NCBI GenBank assembly: GCA_964467915.1 | Contig: CAYXSW010000003.1 | Location: 23,879-87,878 of the forward strand | Reading direction: 5' to 3' | Source of the DNA: an uncultured Marinoscillum sp. | GTDB lineage: Bacteria; Bacteroidota; Bacteroidia; Cytophagales; MED-G16 | Length of the DNA stretch: 64,000 nt | Shown: piece by piece, positions 10,443-21,502 of the stretch | How the letters are laid out: each line of letters begins with the position of its first letter | Position numbering within the stretch: the first letter of the stretch is position 1 | Notes under the pieces: model-generated | What the model saw: only the letters and a program-made list of their open reading frames with translations | What the model was told of the DNA's origin: nothing | Database searches by the model: none | Made by a program: the position numbers and the translations under genes

Positions 10443-12020
10443 ATGTCAAATATTAGACCTGATGAGGTTTCTTCAATAATAAGAGACCAACTATCAAATT
10501 TCAAATCAGAATCAGAATTAGAAGAAGTAGGCACCATTTTGCAGGTAGGTGATGGAGTTGCTAGAATCTATGGATTATCAAATGCTAAAGCTGGTGAACT
10601 TTTAGAGTTTGGAGGAGGAGTTAAAGGATTAGTGTTGAATTTAGAAGAAGATAATGTTGGTGCGGTTTTAATGGGGGACTCAAGTAATATTAAGGAGGGA
10701 GATACTGTAAAAAGATCAGGAGAAATTGCGTCAATAAACGTTGGAGATGGAGTCTGTGGTAGAGTTCTTGACACTTTAGGTAACCCAATTGATGGGAAGG
10801 GAGAAATTAAAGGGAAAGTTTATTCTATGCCACTCGAAAGGAAAGCGCCTGGGGTTATTTATAGACAACCTGTAAATGAACCATTACAGACTGGAATTAA
10901 GGCAATTGATTCAATGATTCCTATAGGAAAGGGTCAAAGAGAGTTAATTATTGGAGATAGACAAACAGGAAAAACTGCTGTAGCTATCGACACTATTTTA
11001 AATCAAAAAGAATTTTATGATAAAGGGGAACCGGTTTATTGTATTTATGTTGCTTGCGGTCAAAAAGCGTCTACAGTTGCTCAGGTAACTAAGATATTAG
11101 AAAAAAACGGAGCTTTACCTTACACAACTGTTGTATCTTCACCATCTTCTACTCCAGCTCCAATGCAATTTTTTGCGCCTTTTGCTGGCGCTGCTATTGG
11201 TGAGTATTTTAGAGATACAGGTCGTCCGGCATTGGTAATTTTTGATGATTTATCAAAACAAGCTGTTTCATATAGAGAGGTGTCTCTTCTTCTAAGAAGA
11301 CCTCCAGGAAGAGAAGCATACCCGGGAGATGTGTTTTATTTACATTCTAGACTCCTTGAAAGATCAGCTAAAATAATAAACGATGATAAACTTGCATCTG
11401 AGATGAATGATTTACCAGATTCACTTAAAAGTCAAGTGAAAGGAGGAGGTTCATTAACGGCATTACCTATTATTGAAACTCAAGAAGGAGACGTTTCTGC
11501 ATATATACCAACCAATGTAATTTCAATTACAGATGGTCAGATATTTTTAGAGTCTAACTTATTTAATTCAGGAATAAGACCTGCAATTAATGTAGGGATT
11601 TCGGTTTCTAGAGTAGGAGGTTCTGCCCAAATTAAATCTATGAAGAAGATTGCGGGTACATTAAAATTAGATCAGGCCGCATTTAGAGAACTAGAGGCTT
11701 TTTCTAAGTTTGGATCTGATCTTGATGCTGCAACACAATTAATTATTGATAGAGGTCAAATTAACCAAGAAATTTTAAAACAACCTCAGTATTCTCCTCT
11801 GAGAGTTGAGGAACAAGTTGCCGTGATTTATTGTTCATCAAATGGTTTTTTTGATGGTGTGGATTTAAGTAAAATATCAAAACTTGAAGAAGAATTTTTA
11901 CAGTATGTTAATTCAAAGTGTAAAAAAGTTTTAGATGAATTAGTAAGAGGGGAATTAAAAGACAAAAGTTTAAAAATACTTGAAGATTCCGCAAGAGAAA
12001 TTGCTAAAAATTATAAATAG
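10443..12020 (+). CDS. atpA: ATP synthase F1 alpha
   Basis: [29 protein letters not shown]. Confidence 0.99.
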   Translation: MSNIRPDEVSSIIRDQLSNFKSESELEEVGTILQVGDGVARIYGLSNAKAGELLEFGGGVKGLVLNLEEDNVGAVLMGDSSNIKEGDTVKRSGEIASINVGDGVCGRVLDTLGNPIDGKGEIKGKVYSMPLERKAPGVIYRQPVNEPLQTGIKAIDSMIPIGKGQRELIIGDRQTGKTAVAIDTILNQKEFYDKGEPVYCIYVACGQKASTVAQVTKILEKNGALPYTTVVSSPSSTPAPMQFFAPFAGAAIGEYFRDTGRPALVIFDDLSKQAVSYREVSLLLRRPPGREAYPGDVFYLHSRLLERSAKIINDDKLASEMNDLPDSLKSQVKGGGSLTALPIIETQEGDVSAYIPTNVISITDGQIFLESNLFNSGIRPAINVGISVSRVGGSAQIKSMKKIAGTLKLDQAAFRELEAFSKFGSDLDAATQLIIDRGQINQEILKQPQYSPLRVEEQVAVIYCSSNGFFDGVDLSKISKLEEEFLQYVNSKCKKVLDELVRGELKDKSLKILEDSAREIAKNYK

Positions 12021-12026
12021 TATTCT

Positions 12027-12878
12027 ATGCCTAGCATAAAAGAAGTAAAAAACAGAATAGGGTCTGTAAAGTCAACTCAGCAACTTACTAAGGCTATGAA
12101 AATGGTTGCGGCGGCCAAGTTAAAAAAGGCACAAGATAAAGTGCTTCAATTAAGACCTTATTCTAGAAAGCTAAACGAAATACTTTCTAATTTATCAGGC
12201 TCTGTTAATAACGATCTGTTTTTTGAAAAAGAAGTAAATAATGTGCTAGTAGTCATTATTAGCTCTGACAAAGGCTTATGTGGTAGTTTTAATAGTAACC
12301 TGGTTAAACAGTTTAGGGCATATTGTGATAATTTAAATACTAAAAATATTTCTGTTCTACCAATTGGTAAAAAAGCACATGATTTTTTTAAGAAATCTGA
12401 ATACAATTTAATTTTAGATTATTGGCAGTCATTGAATGGATTTAATTATGAAAAATCTTCTGAAATTTGTGACTTTATTATTTCTTCATTCTTAAGTTCT
12501 AAATATGATAAAGTAGCTATAATTTATAATGAATTCAAAAATGTAGCTGTTCAAAAGAGTGTAGTAGATAATTTTTTGCCTGTTATTCCAGAAATGAATG
12601 AAAATAAAGAATTGAATAACAATTATATTTTTGAACCTAATAAAAATAAAATTGTTAATAATTTAATTCCACAAACTTTAAAAACGCAATTTATTAAAGC
12701 GGTTTTAGAATCAAATGCTTCTGAACAGGGCTCAAGAATGACCGCAATGAGCCAGGCAACAGATAATGCTGGGGAGTTATTAAAAGAGCTAAAACTCACT
12801 TATAACAGAACAAGACAAGCCGCAATCACAAAAGAAATTTTGGAGATAGTTGGTGGTGCTGAAGCGTTAAACAATTAG
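12027..12878 (+). CDS. atpG: ATP synthase F1 gamma
   Basis: TKAMKMVAAAK, DKGLCGSFN, RQAAITKEILEI. Confidence 0.98.
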   Translation: MPSIKEVKNRIGSVKSTQQLTKAMKMVAAAKLKKAQDKVLQLRPYSRKLNEILSNLSGSVNNDLFFEKEVNNVLVVIISSDKGLCGSFNSNLVKQFRAYCDNLNTKNISVLPIGKKAHDFFKKSEYNLILDYWQSLNGFNYEKSSEICDFIISSFLSSKYDKVAIIYNEFKNVAVQKSVVDNFLPVIPEMNENKELNNNYIFEPNKNKIVNNLIPQTLKTQFIKAVLESNASEQGSRMTAMSQATDNAGELLKELKLTYNRTRQAAITKEILEIVGGAEALNN

Positions 12879-12880
12879 TT

Positions 12881-14053
12881 TTATTTTTTAAGTATTCTCT
12901 CTACAGGGATGGACCTATCAAAATTGTATCTATAGGTGTGGTGAATCTTTGAAGGTTTAATTTCATTAGTAGCCTGAACTTGAGTCGCTACCCTAATCAT
13001 AGCTTGATTAAAATCTGGAATCCAGTTCAGTTCCATATCTGTGTATGCTAACTCTTTTTGAATTGTGTTACTACTTGCCATAATTAGCGCACCATCAACA
13101 CCCTTGCCTTGGTGTTTAGGGACAATACCAAAAACTAATCCTATAATTTTTTTACATGATTTTTTTATTTTTAAATGATAATAAGTTTTGATTTTCCCTA
13201 TTAAATCTAGTTTGCCATTTACGTGCTTAAAAATTTGATTCATCTCCGGAATACAAATAAAAAACCCTATAGGTTCCTCTTTTTCATAAGCAAACCATAG
13301 TATTTTTTCATCAAGGATTGGTTTTAATTGTTTGAATATAGACTTTGCTTGAGGTAATTTTAAAGCAGAAATACCTGGGTACTTTGCCCAAGCTTCGTTA
13401 TAAATTTTCATAAAGTCTAAAACATATTTATCTAGACGTTTCCTCTCTAACATTCTAAAATTATAATCAGGGTTTTTTAGAGCCTTATTTGCTTTATATT
13501 TTAATTTATCAGATAAAGGAGTTTTAACTTTTTTAAAGAATGTAAGTTGTTTAAATAGAATCTGAAAGCCGTAGTTCTCAAATAATCTTGGGTAGTAATC
13601 TTTCCCATAGTTTTGAAGATAATTTGGCTCTATTTCAAAACCTTTATATAAACACCCCCACCACTTATCTCTCTCTCCAAAATTTACTGGTCCTTCCATA
13701 GAGTTGTATCCTTTTTCTTCAAGCCAGCCTTTAGCTTTATCAAATAATAAATTTGCGGCACCTTGATTGTCTACACATTCAAAAAAGCCACATCCCCCAA
13801 CTTTTAAACCATTTTTATCCTCTTTTTTATCGACATAAAAAGCTGCGATTCTTCCGATAACTTTGCCATTATCTTTTAAAAGCCAACGAACAACATCACC
13901 TTTTCTAAACGCTTTATTTTTGTTTTTGTTAAATATAGCATCAATATCTTTATCTAGCGGTCTGATCCAGTTTTTCTCGTCTTTATAAATCTCAACAGGG
14001 ACCTTTATAAAGGTTTTTTTGTCTTGTTTTGACTCAACTTTAACAATATTCAT
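12881..14053 (-). CDS. YghO-like tandem GNAT-fold protein
   Basis: GRIAAF, GFFECVD, NYGKDYY and an acetyl-CoA-binding GIVPKHQGKGVDG motif. Confidence 0.7.
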   Translation of the reverse strand: MNIVKVESKQDKKTFIKVPVEIYKDEKNWIRPLDKDIDAIFNKNKNKAFRKGDVVRWLLKDNGKVIGRIAAFYVDKKEDKNGLKVGGCGFFECVDNQGAANLLFDKAKGWLEEKGYNSMEGPVNFGERDKWWGCLYKGFEIEPNYLQNYGKDYYPRLFENYGFQILFKQLTFFKKVKTPLSDKLKYKANKALKNPDYNFRMLERKRLDKYVLDFMKIYNEAWAKYPGISALKLPQAKSIFKQLKPILDEKILWFAYEKEEPIGFFICIPEMNQIFKHVNGKLDLIGKIKTYYHLKIKKSCKKIIGLVFGIVPKHQGKGVDGALIMASSNTIQKELAYTDMELNWIPDFNQAMIRVATQVQATNEIKPSKIHHTYRYNFDRSIPVERILKK

Positions 14054-14145
14054 TTATATAGAAATACTCTTTTATTAATAAAAGTTTCAATAATTTAGTT
14101 CATATTTTTACTAACTAACACAAACCCCAAAAATATTTTTATTAA

Positions 14146-14382
14146 ATGGAAAATGATTCAAATTTGACAGTGCTTATTAACATTCTAATCAACGGAATGC
14201 TCACGGTGTTTTTTGTGTTATTTTTTGTCTTTTTTTTAGGAAAAATAATAATAAAATATTTTGAGTTTTTTTCAATTGAGAAAAACAATGAGAATAATGA
14301 TACTGAACAAATTATAAATGAAAAAATTCAAAAGATTTCTAATGGTAAAGGGAAAGTCTTGAGTTACAAAAAACTAGATTAA
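14146..14382 (+). CDS. oadG: Na+-translocating decarboxylase gamma subunit
   Basis: Single TM GMLTVFFVLFFVFFLGK directly upstream of oadA/oadB. Confidence 0.75.
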   Translation: MENDSNLTVLINILINGMLTVFFVLFFVFFLGKIIIKYFEFFSIEKNNENNDTEQIINEKIQKISNGKGKVLSYKKLD

Positions 14383-14384
14383 AG

Positions 14385-16208
14385 ATGTCTAAGGAAGTTA
14401 AACTTTGTCTGGTGTATAGAGATATGTGGCAATCTTCTGGAAAGTATATGCCAAATGCTAGTCAATTAGTTAAAGTAGCTGAACCAATCATTAGTATGGG
14501 TTGTTGGGATCGAATTGAAACTAATGGAGGAGGTTTTGAACAAATTCAACTCCTTGCAGGGGAAAACCCAAATGATGCTGTTAGGAAATGGACTAAACCA
14601 TTTAATAAAGCGGGAATTCAGACTCAGATGTTAGAGCGGGGATTAAATGCTTTAAGCATGTTTCCTGTATCAAAAGACGTTAGAAAGTTAATGTTTACTG
14701 TAAAAAAAAAGCAGGGAACTGACATCGCAAGATCTTTCGACGGATTAAATGATATAAGAAACTTAAGATTGTCAATAGATTACGCAAAAGATGCGGGAAT
14801 GATTTCTCAGTCTTGTTTATGTATAACTCATTCGGAAATTCATACAGTAGAATATTATATCAACTTAGCTAAGCAGCTAATAGATTTAGGTACCGATGAA
14901 ATTGCAATTAAAGATATGGCTGGAATAGGAAGACCATCATCTTTAGGCAAAATAGTAAAAGGGATTAAAAAGTATAATCAAAATGTTATAATTCAATACC
15001 ATGGCCACTCTGGCCCTGGATTCTCCGTCGCGTCTTCTTTAGAAGTTGCAAGAGCAGGGGCTGATATAATTGATGTTTCGATGGAGCCACTTTCTTGGGG
15101 AACTACTCACGCTGATTTATTAACAATTTATGAAGTCCTAAAAGATGATGGATTTTTGATAAAAGACTTTGATAGAAAATCTTATATGGAAGTAAAAAAA
15201 ATAACACAAGAATATATAGATGAATTTTTAGGTTATTATATCAACCCAAAAAACAGACTAATGAATTCATTATTGATAGATTCAGGTCTTCCGGGTGGGA
15301 TGATGGGCAGTTTAATGAATGATTTAGAGAATAGTCATAAAAGTATTAATAAGTGGCTTAAAAAAAACAATAAAAAAGAAATTACTATTGATAACCTGTT
15401 TTCAAAATTACTAGATGAGGTTAATTTTATTTGGCCAATTCTAGGTTATCCACCATTAGTTACACCCTATAGTCAATACGTAAAGAATGTAGCTATTGTA
15501 AATGTTTTAAATAATATTAAAGGCAAAAATAGATGGAGTTTAATAGATGATAATACATGGGACATGCTGCTTGGAAAATCAGGTCAACTTCCTGGTGAAT
15601 TAGGAAATGAAATTATAGAATTATCTAAAAAATTAAATAAAACTTTTTATAATGGTGAGCCTCAAGACTTAGTTAGAGATGTTCTTGATAAAAACAGAAA
15701 AGAGATGGAAGAAAATGGATGGGAACCTGGTAAAGACGAAGAAGAATTATTAGAATTTTCTTTACACAAAACTCAATACATAGATTTTAAATCTGGCAAA
15801 GCAAAAAGAAATTTCGACAAAGATGTTTTAAGAAAAAAATCAGATAAAAAACATGACCATATTCCAACATTTCCAAATCCTAAAATTGTTGAAATTTTAG
15901 AAATAAATAACGAGAAATATGAAGTCGAATATAAAATAGAAAATGATGAGTCCTCTCATAATGATGTTCATGGAAATGGAGAAAAAATGTTGTCACCAAT
16001 TGAAGGAAGAATTTTTTTAACAAAAGAATCTAATGATATTCCTATTAAAGTTAATGATGTTGTTAATAAAGGTGACGTATTATGTTACATTGAGTCTATG
16101 AAAGTAATTAATGCCATAAAATCAGAATACTCAGGAAAGGTAGTCAAGATTTGCTTTAATGAAGGGGATGATGTATTTGATGATGATATTTTATTTATTA
16201 TAAATTAG
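14385..16208 (+). CDS. oadA: Oxaloacetate decarboxylase alpha (carboxyltransferase plus biotinyl domain)
   Basis: RDMWQS, IKDMAG, HGH, LPGGM, GYPPLVTPYSQ; C-terminal biotin site ESMKV. Confidence 0.88.
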   Translation: MSKEVKLCLVYRDMWQSSGKYMPNASQLVKVAEPIISMGCWDRIETNGGGFEQIQLLAGENPNDAVRKWTKPFNKAGIQTQMLERGLNALSMFPVSKDVRKLMFTVKKKQGTDIARSFDGLNDIRNLRLSIDYAKDAGMISQSCLCITHSEIHTVEYYINLAKQLIDLGTDEIAIKDMAGIGRPSSLGKIVKGIKKYNQNVIIQYHGHSGPGFSVASSLEVARAGADIIDVSMEPLSWGTTHADLLTIYEVLKDDGFLIKDFDRKSYMEVKKITQEYIDEFLGYYINPKNRLMNSLLIDSGLPGGMMGSLMNDLENSHKSINKWLKKNNKKEITIDNLFSKLLDEVNFIWPILGYPPLVTPYSQYVKNVAIVNVLNNIKGKNRWSLIDDNTWDMLLGKSGQLPGELGNEIIELSKKLNKTFYNGEPQDLVRDVLDKNRKEMEENGWEPGKDEEELLEFSLHKTQYIDFKSGKAKRNFDKDVLRKKSDKKHDHIPTFPNPKIVEILEINNEKYEVEYKIENDESSHNDVHGNGEKMLSPIEGRIFLTKESNDIPIKVNDVVNKGDVLCYIESMKVINAIKSEYSGKVVKICFNEGDDVFDDDILFIIN

Positions 16209-16212
16209 TATT

Positions 16213-17403
16213 ATGGAAATTTTTCAAAAAATAATTGAGATGACAAGTTATAATGAACTTATAAATCAACCCAGTCATCTTATAATGATATTCATTGCTG
16301 CTTTCTTGCTTTATTTAGGTATAGTTAAAAAATATGAGCCTCTTCTTCTAGTTCCAATTGCTTTCGGTGTTTTAATTTCTAATATTCCTGGTTCTAATTT
16401 AGGAGTTGTTGAATTAGACGAGTCTATTGGTTTAATTAAAATAGCTCAAGAGTATGGGATAATTAATTTCTTATATTATTCATTGATTAAAACGGGTTTT
16501 TTGCCGCCATTAATTTTTATGGGAGTAGGAGCTTTAACAGACTTCGGCCCTATGTTAAAAAACCTAAGGCTTGTGTTTTTTGGTGCGGCTGCCCAAATTG
16601 GAATTTTTTCTGTTTTAATTATTGCGTCTGTACTTGGTTTTACCAATCAAGAAGCTGCTTCTCTTGCAATTATTGGTGGCGCTGATGGACCGACGGCTAT
16701 CTATACATCAATAATCTTAGCGCCTCATCTTCTGGCCCCTATTGCAATAGCTGCTTATTCTTATATGGCATTGGTCCCGGTAATTATTCCTTTTATAGTA
16801 AAATTTACGGTTTCTAAAAGAGAGATTTTAATTAATATGAAAGAACAAGATGAAATAAATCCAAGTAATAGTGAAATAAAAAACTTAGATACAATAAAAA
16901 TTATATTCCCTGTTTTAATGACCCTTGTGGTTTCTTTAATTGTTCCTTCATCAACACCTTTAATAGGCTTTTTAATGTTTGGCAACTTGATAAAAGAAAT
17001 TGGCTCAAGTACTTCTAGATTATCTAAGGCAGCATCTGACAATATTTTAAATACAAGTACTGTATTTCTTGGCTTATCAATTGGAGCCACGATGACTCCA
17101 GTCTCATTCTTAAATATTCAAACTTTAGGTATTATAATAGGGGGCTTGTTGGCTTTTATTATTTCAATTACAGGAGGAATCTTTGCTGTCAAATTATTTA
17201 ATTTATTTACAAAGAAAAAAATTAATCCATTGATCGGAGCTACAGGGTTAAGCGCTGTGCCTATGGCTAGTAGGGTTGCAAATGATATTGCACTTAAATA
17301 TGATCCAAATAATCATTTGATGCATTATGCAATGGCTAGTAATATATCTGGAGTTATTGGGTCAGCTGTAGCTGCTGGAGTTTTAATCTCTTTCTTAGGT
17401 TAA
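16213..17403 (+). CDS. oadB: Na+-translocating decarboxylase beta subunit
   Basis: EPLLLVPI, IIGGADGPTAI, AAYSYMALVP, SAVPMASRV. Confidence 0.96.
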   Translation: MEIFQKIIEMTSYNELINQPSHLIMIFIAAFLLYLGIVKKYEPLLLVPIAFGVLISNIPGSNLGVVELDESIGLIKIAQEYGIINFLYYSLIKTGFLPPLIFMGVGALTDFGPMLKNLRLVFFGAAAQIGIFSVLIIASVLGFTNQEAASLAIIGGADGPTAIYTSIILAPHLLAPIAIAAYSYMALVPVIIPFIVKFTVSKREILINMKEQDEINPSNSEIKNLDTIKIIFPVLMTLVVSLIVPSSTPLIGFLMFGNLIKEIGSSTSRLSKAASDNILNTSTVFLGLSIGATMTPVSFLNIQTLGIIIGGLLAFIISITGGIFAVKLFNLFTKKKINPLIGATGLSAVPMASRVANDIALKYDPNNHLMHYAMASNISGVIGSAVAAGVLISFLG

Positions 17404-17404
17404 G

Positions 17405-17941
17405 CTAAAGATATTTCCTAAGATCTTCTATTTTAGTGATTGTGATAATTTCTTTGAAAATATCTGTATATAAAAAATTATTAATTTTCATAATCTCAAA
17501 CTGTTTAAATAAAAAATCATAGTAACCGTCAATATTTATTACAAAAATTTTTTTATTTTCTATACCTAAAACCTTCCATGTAACAACTTCTGCAAATTCT
17601 TCTAATGTTCCAATTCCCCCAGGAAGAACTATAAATGCATCACTTAAATCATACATTTTCTTTTTTCTTTCGTGCATATTTTCAACTATGATAAGATCTG
17701 TTATGTTTTTGTTTATTATCTCTTTAGTGGATAATACTTCTGGAATTACGCCTGTTACTTTTCCACCTAAATCAATCAACTTATTTGATATCAGTCCCAT
17801 TAATCCAATACTTGCTCCACCATAAATTAATTCTAGATTTTTGTCAAAGACTATTTTAATCATTTCGTTAACCTCTTGTTCAATTTTTGAATTATTATTT
17901 GGTTTACTTGATCCACAAAAAACACATATTTTCTTAATCAT
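17405..17941 (-). CDS. LOG family nucleotide phosphoribohydrolase (TIGR00730)
   Basis: ICVFCGSS, YGG, MHERK, PGGIGTLEE. Confidence 0.93.
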   Translation of the reverse strand: MIKKICVFCGSSKPNNNSKIEQEVNEMIKIVFDKNLELIYGGASIGLMGLISNKLIDLGGKVTGVIPEVLSTKEIINKNITDLIIVENMHERKKKMYDLSDAFIVLPGGIGTLEEFAEVVTWKVLGIENKKIFVINIDGYYDFLFKQFEIMKINNFLYTDIFKEIITITKIEDLRKYL

Positions 17942-17960
17942 ATTATATAGTCTTATTTTG

Positions 17961-17968
17961 TACCTTTG
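17961..17968 (+). promoter_or_regulatory. Bacteroidota -7 element
   Basis: TACCTTTG upstream of the antiporter start at 17988. Confidence 0.55.
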
Positions 17969-17987
17969 TATCTAAGATTGTAATCTA

Positions 17988-19931
17988 TTGGAATTTTTTA
18001 ATAATTTTTCTTCTGACTCAATATTATTCCTAATTACATATTTTATAATATGTGTTTCTTCATTTCATTTGAGTGGCTATTTTAAAAAACTAGGCCTTCC
18101 GGCTGTAACGGGTTTAATTGTATTAGGTGTATTAGTTGGTCCTAGCTCATTAGATATATTAGATAAAAGTGCAATTCAAAGTTTACACTTTTTGTTTGAT
18201 CTTTCACTCGCTTTTATTGCTTTTGCTGCGGGATCGGAGCTTTTTTTTAAAGAGATTGAAGATAGTTTTAAAAGCATAAAGTGGAATACATTAAGTAGTA
18301 TTTTTATTACTTTTTTAGTTGGATTCTCCCTAGTGGGGATATCATTAATTTATATTCCTTTTTTTGATGAGGTTAGCACAACCATAAAAATTTATGTTTC
18401 TCTACTTTGTGCTTCTATTTTTGTAGCTAGATCTCCTGCCTCTGCTATTGCTGTCATAAATGATTTAAGGGCAAAAGGCAAATTCACCTCGACATCTATG
18501 GGTGTATTGTGCTTATCAGATTTTGGTGTCATATTACTATTTGCAATAGTATTCTCAATAATTAAGTCTGTAGACTCAGGGACTTTTCAATTCTTTAATA
18601 TTATTATAATAGTTTTTGAAATTATTATCTCAATTGCTTTGGGATTAGTTTATGGAATATTCATTAACTCCTATTTAAATATTAGTATTAAAAAGTATTT
18701 TAAATATTTTTTAATGATTTTAATTGGGTTTTCTGCTTTCTTATTTGCTGATTATATAAGAGAAATTTCTGTAATATCATTTGATAAAGAAATAATATTT
18801 GAGCCATTACTTATTTGCATGGTGGCAGGTGTTTACATAATTAACAGAACAAACAAAAGGTTAGAATTTTTAGATTTCATTCAAGTTTCAGGTAAATACA
18901 TATATGTAGTCTTTTTTACTTTAGTTGGAGCTAGTTTAGATATTCAATTAGTGCTAAATGTTTTTGAGTTCTCTTTATTGTTTTTTTTCCTTAGATTAAT
19001 TTCACTTTTTATTTCCGCGTATGTTGGCGGGACTATTGCAAAAGATGAGTTTAATTATAAAGTGTTGGGATGGACCCCACATATCACTCAGGCAGGAGTG
19101 TCTCTTGGTTTAATTCAAATTTTTCAAACAGAGTTTAGTTATTGGCCAAATGAAATTACCAGTCAGATATCTTTGATTTTGATTTCTTCTATCATAATTA
19201 GTCAGTTTATAGGCCCCACAGTTTTTAAGTGGACGCTTAATTTTTTGAAGGAAACAAATAAAAGAAAAAAAATAGTTTTATCTGAAAAGAAGAGGGTTCT
19301 TGTTTTTGGTTTAGAACCTCAAAGTATTTCACTAGCTTTAATTTTAAAGTCTCGAAATTATATAGTTGATATTATTTCTTTCGAAAAAAAACCTTCTATT
19401 AAAATCCCAAATGGCATTGGGCATCAACTTATTAAGAGTGTAGATAAATATAACTTTGATGCTATTGATTATTTTAATTCTGATTCTGTAATTTGTTTAT
19501 GTTCAGACAACTTAAATGAAGAAATATGTAATTTATCTCATTCTACATATGGGAATAAAAATCTTATTGTTAGGATTAATGATCACCTTAGGGCTGATTT
19601 CTTTTTAAATTTTAATGTAAAAATAATTCATCCTTCTGACGCAATAATTAATCTGATAGATCAGTATGTGAAGTCTCCACAAGGGACCTCTCTTTTTTTA
19701 GGAGAGGAAAAAGATAAAGAGATAAGAGACATTAGATTATTAAATGATAATATTTCAGGATCTTTGCTTAGAGACTTAAAACTTCCTCAAGACGTTTTAA
19801 TGTTGTCAATTAAAAGAAATGATGAGATTATACTTAGTCATGGTTATACTAGGCTCTTGAAAGATGATATAATTACTTTCATAGGGTCAGTTAATAGCCT
19901 AGATAAGTTAACATTAAGATTTGATAGTTAG
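17988..19931 (+). CDS. Cation:proton antiporter (CPA2-like) with C-terminal TrkA-N/TrkA-C (RCK) domains
   Basis: About 12 TM helices, LAFIAFAAGSEL, ARSPASAIAVI, QAGVSLGL; C-terminal LRDLKLP...IKR...HGYTRL. Confidence 0.85.
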   Translation: MEFFNNFSSDSILFLITYFIICVSSFHLSGYFKKLGLPAVTGLIVLGVLVGPSSLDILDKSAIQSLHFLFDLSLAFIAFAAGSELFFKEIEDSFKSIKWNTLSSIFITFLVGFSLVGISLIYIPFFDEVSTTIKIYVSLLCASIFVARSPASAIAVINDLRAKGKFTSTSMGVLCLSDFGVILLFAIVFSIIKSVDSGTFQFFNIIIIVFEIIISIALGLVYGIFINSYLNISIKKYFKYFLMILIGFSAFLFADYIREISVISFDKEIIFEPLLICMVAGVYIINRTNKRLEFLDFIQVSGKYIYVVFFTLVGASLDIQLVLNVFEFSLLFFFLRLISLFISAYVGGTIAKDEFNYKVLGWTPHITQAGVSLGLIQIFQTEFSYWPNEITSQISLILISSIIISQFIGPTVFKWTLNFLKETNKRKKIVLSEKKRVLVFGLEPQSISLALILKSRNYIVDIISFEKKPSIKIPNGIGHQLIKSVDKYNFDAIDYFNSDSVICLCSDNLNEEICNLSHSTYGNKNLIVRINDHLRADFFLNFNVKIIHPSDAIINLIDQYVKSPQGTSLFLGEEKDKEIRDIRLLNDNISGSLLRDLKLPQDVLMLSIKRNDEIILSHGYTRLLKDDIITFIGSVNSLDKLTLRFDS

Positions 19932-19951
19932 TTTAAAAAAAATTGTAAAGG

Positions 19952-19959
19952 TATATTTG
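19952..19959 (+). promoter_or_regulatory. -7 element abutting the glyS start
   Basis: TATATTTG, with ATG at 19964. Confidence 0.55.
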
Positions 19960-19963
19960 TTGA

Positions 19964-21502
19964 ATGGATAATAATGATTTCTTAAAAAAAGTAATATCAC
20001 ACTCAAAAGCAAATGGATTTATATTCCAGTCCAGTGAAATTTATGATGGCTTAAGTGCAGTGTATGATTATGGCCCTTATGGAAGTGAATTAAAAAATAA
20101 TCTAAAAGATTTTTGGTGGAAATCTATGATACAACTTCATGATAATATAGTTGGAATTGATTCAGCTGTATTTATGGAACCCACTACTTGGAAAGCTTCA
20201 GGTCATATAGATGCGTTTAATGACCCTCTTATTGATAATAAAGATTCTAAGAAAAGATACAGGGCTGATGTGTTAATAGAAGATTACATAACTAAAATTA
20301 ATTCTAAAATTGATAAAGAGATTGCTAAAGCAAGGAAGAGATTTGGAGAAAAATTTGATGAAAAAGTTTATAGAGAAACTAATGAAAGGGTAAAAAAGTA
20401 TATTTCTCAAGTTAATGAAGTATCATCTAAGATGAATGATCTTCTTAAATCTAATGACCTGAAAGGATTAAAAATTCTTATTGATGAGCTAAAAATAAAT
20501 GACCCAGTTTCTGGTACTTCAAACTGGACTGATGTCAAGCAGTTTAACTTAATGTTCTCAACAGAAATTGGAGCTACATCTGAATCTTCAAAAAAGATAT
20601 TTCTTCGTCCTGAAACAGCTCAAGGAATTTTTTTAAATTTTTTAAATGTAGTGAATTCTACAAGAGTAAAAATTCCTTTTGGTATTGCACAAATTGGAAA
20701 AGCTTTTAGAAATGAAATAATTGCTCGACAGTTTATATTTAGGATGAGAGAATTTGAGCAAATGGAAATGCAATTTTTTGTTGAGCCTGGAAGTGAAATG
20801 AAATGGTATGAGGAGTGGAAAGAAAAAAGAATGAAATGGCATAATGCTCTTGAATTAGGTGAGGGTTTATATAAATTTCATGATCATAAAAATTTAGCAC
20901 ATTATGCTAACGCTGCGTGTGATATTGAGTTTAATTTCCCAATGGGTTTTAAAGAGCTTGAAGGTATTCATTCAAGAACTGACTTTGATTTGAAAAATCA
21001 TCAGAAATATTCCGGAAAAAAATTAAACTATTATGATCAAAAATCAGGTTCAAGTTTTATTCCATATGTTGTGGAAACCTCTCTTGGCTTAGATAGGCTC
21101 TTTCTTGCAGTAATAGCAACCTCATTACAAAACGAAAAACTTGAAGACGGATCAGAGAGGGTAGTACTTAAGATTCCTTTTGAAATTTCTCCAGTAAAAG
21201 TTGCTGTTATGCCTTTGAACGCAAAAGATGGACTGCCAGAAAAGGCGATAGAAATTTATGATGAATTAAAGCTTAATTTTAAAACTCAATACGACTATAA
21301 AGATTCAATAGGAAAACGATATAGAAGGCAGGATGCTATTGGAACTCCATTTTGTGTAACCATTGATTATGATTCATTAAAAGATAATTTTGTAACCATT
21401 CGTAACAGAGATTCAATGGAACAGGAAAGAATACCAATTAATATACTAGTAGATCATATTAACAAGTTCACCTCAATAAATAATTTATTAAAGAAAATTT
21501 AA
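19964..21502 (+). CDS. glyQS: Glycine--tRNA ligase (alpha2 homodimeric type)
   Basis: YDYGPYG, LRPETAQGIF, FRNEI, REFEQME, IGKRYRRQDAIGTP. Confidence 0.97.
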   Translation: MDNNDFLKKVISHSKANGFIFQSSEIYDGLSAVYDYGPYGSELKNNLKDFWWKSMIQLHDNIVGIDSAVFMEPTTWKASGHIDAFNDPLIDNKDSKKRYRADVLIEDYITKINSKIDKEIAKARKRFGEKFDEKVYRETNERVKKYISQVNEVSSKMNDLLKSNDLKGLKILIDELKINDPVSGTSNWTDVKQFNLMFSTEIGATSESSKKIFLRPETAQGIFLNFLNVVNSTRVKIPFGIAQIGKAFRNEIIARQFIFRMREFEQMEMQFFVEPGSEMKWYEEWKEKRMKWHNALELGEGLYKFHDHKNLAHYANAACDIEFNFPMGFKELEGIHSRTDFDLKNHQKYSGKKLNYYDQKSGSSFIPYVVETSLGLDRLFLAVIATSLQNEKLEDGSERVVLKIPFEISPVKVAVMPLNAKDGLPEKAIEIYDELKLNFKTQYDYKDSIGKRYRRQDAIGTPFCVTIDYDSLKDNFVTIRNRDSMEQERIPINILVDHINKFTSINNLLKKI

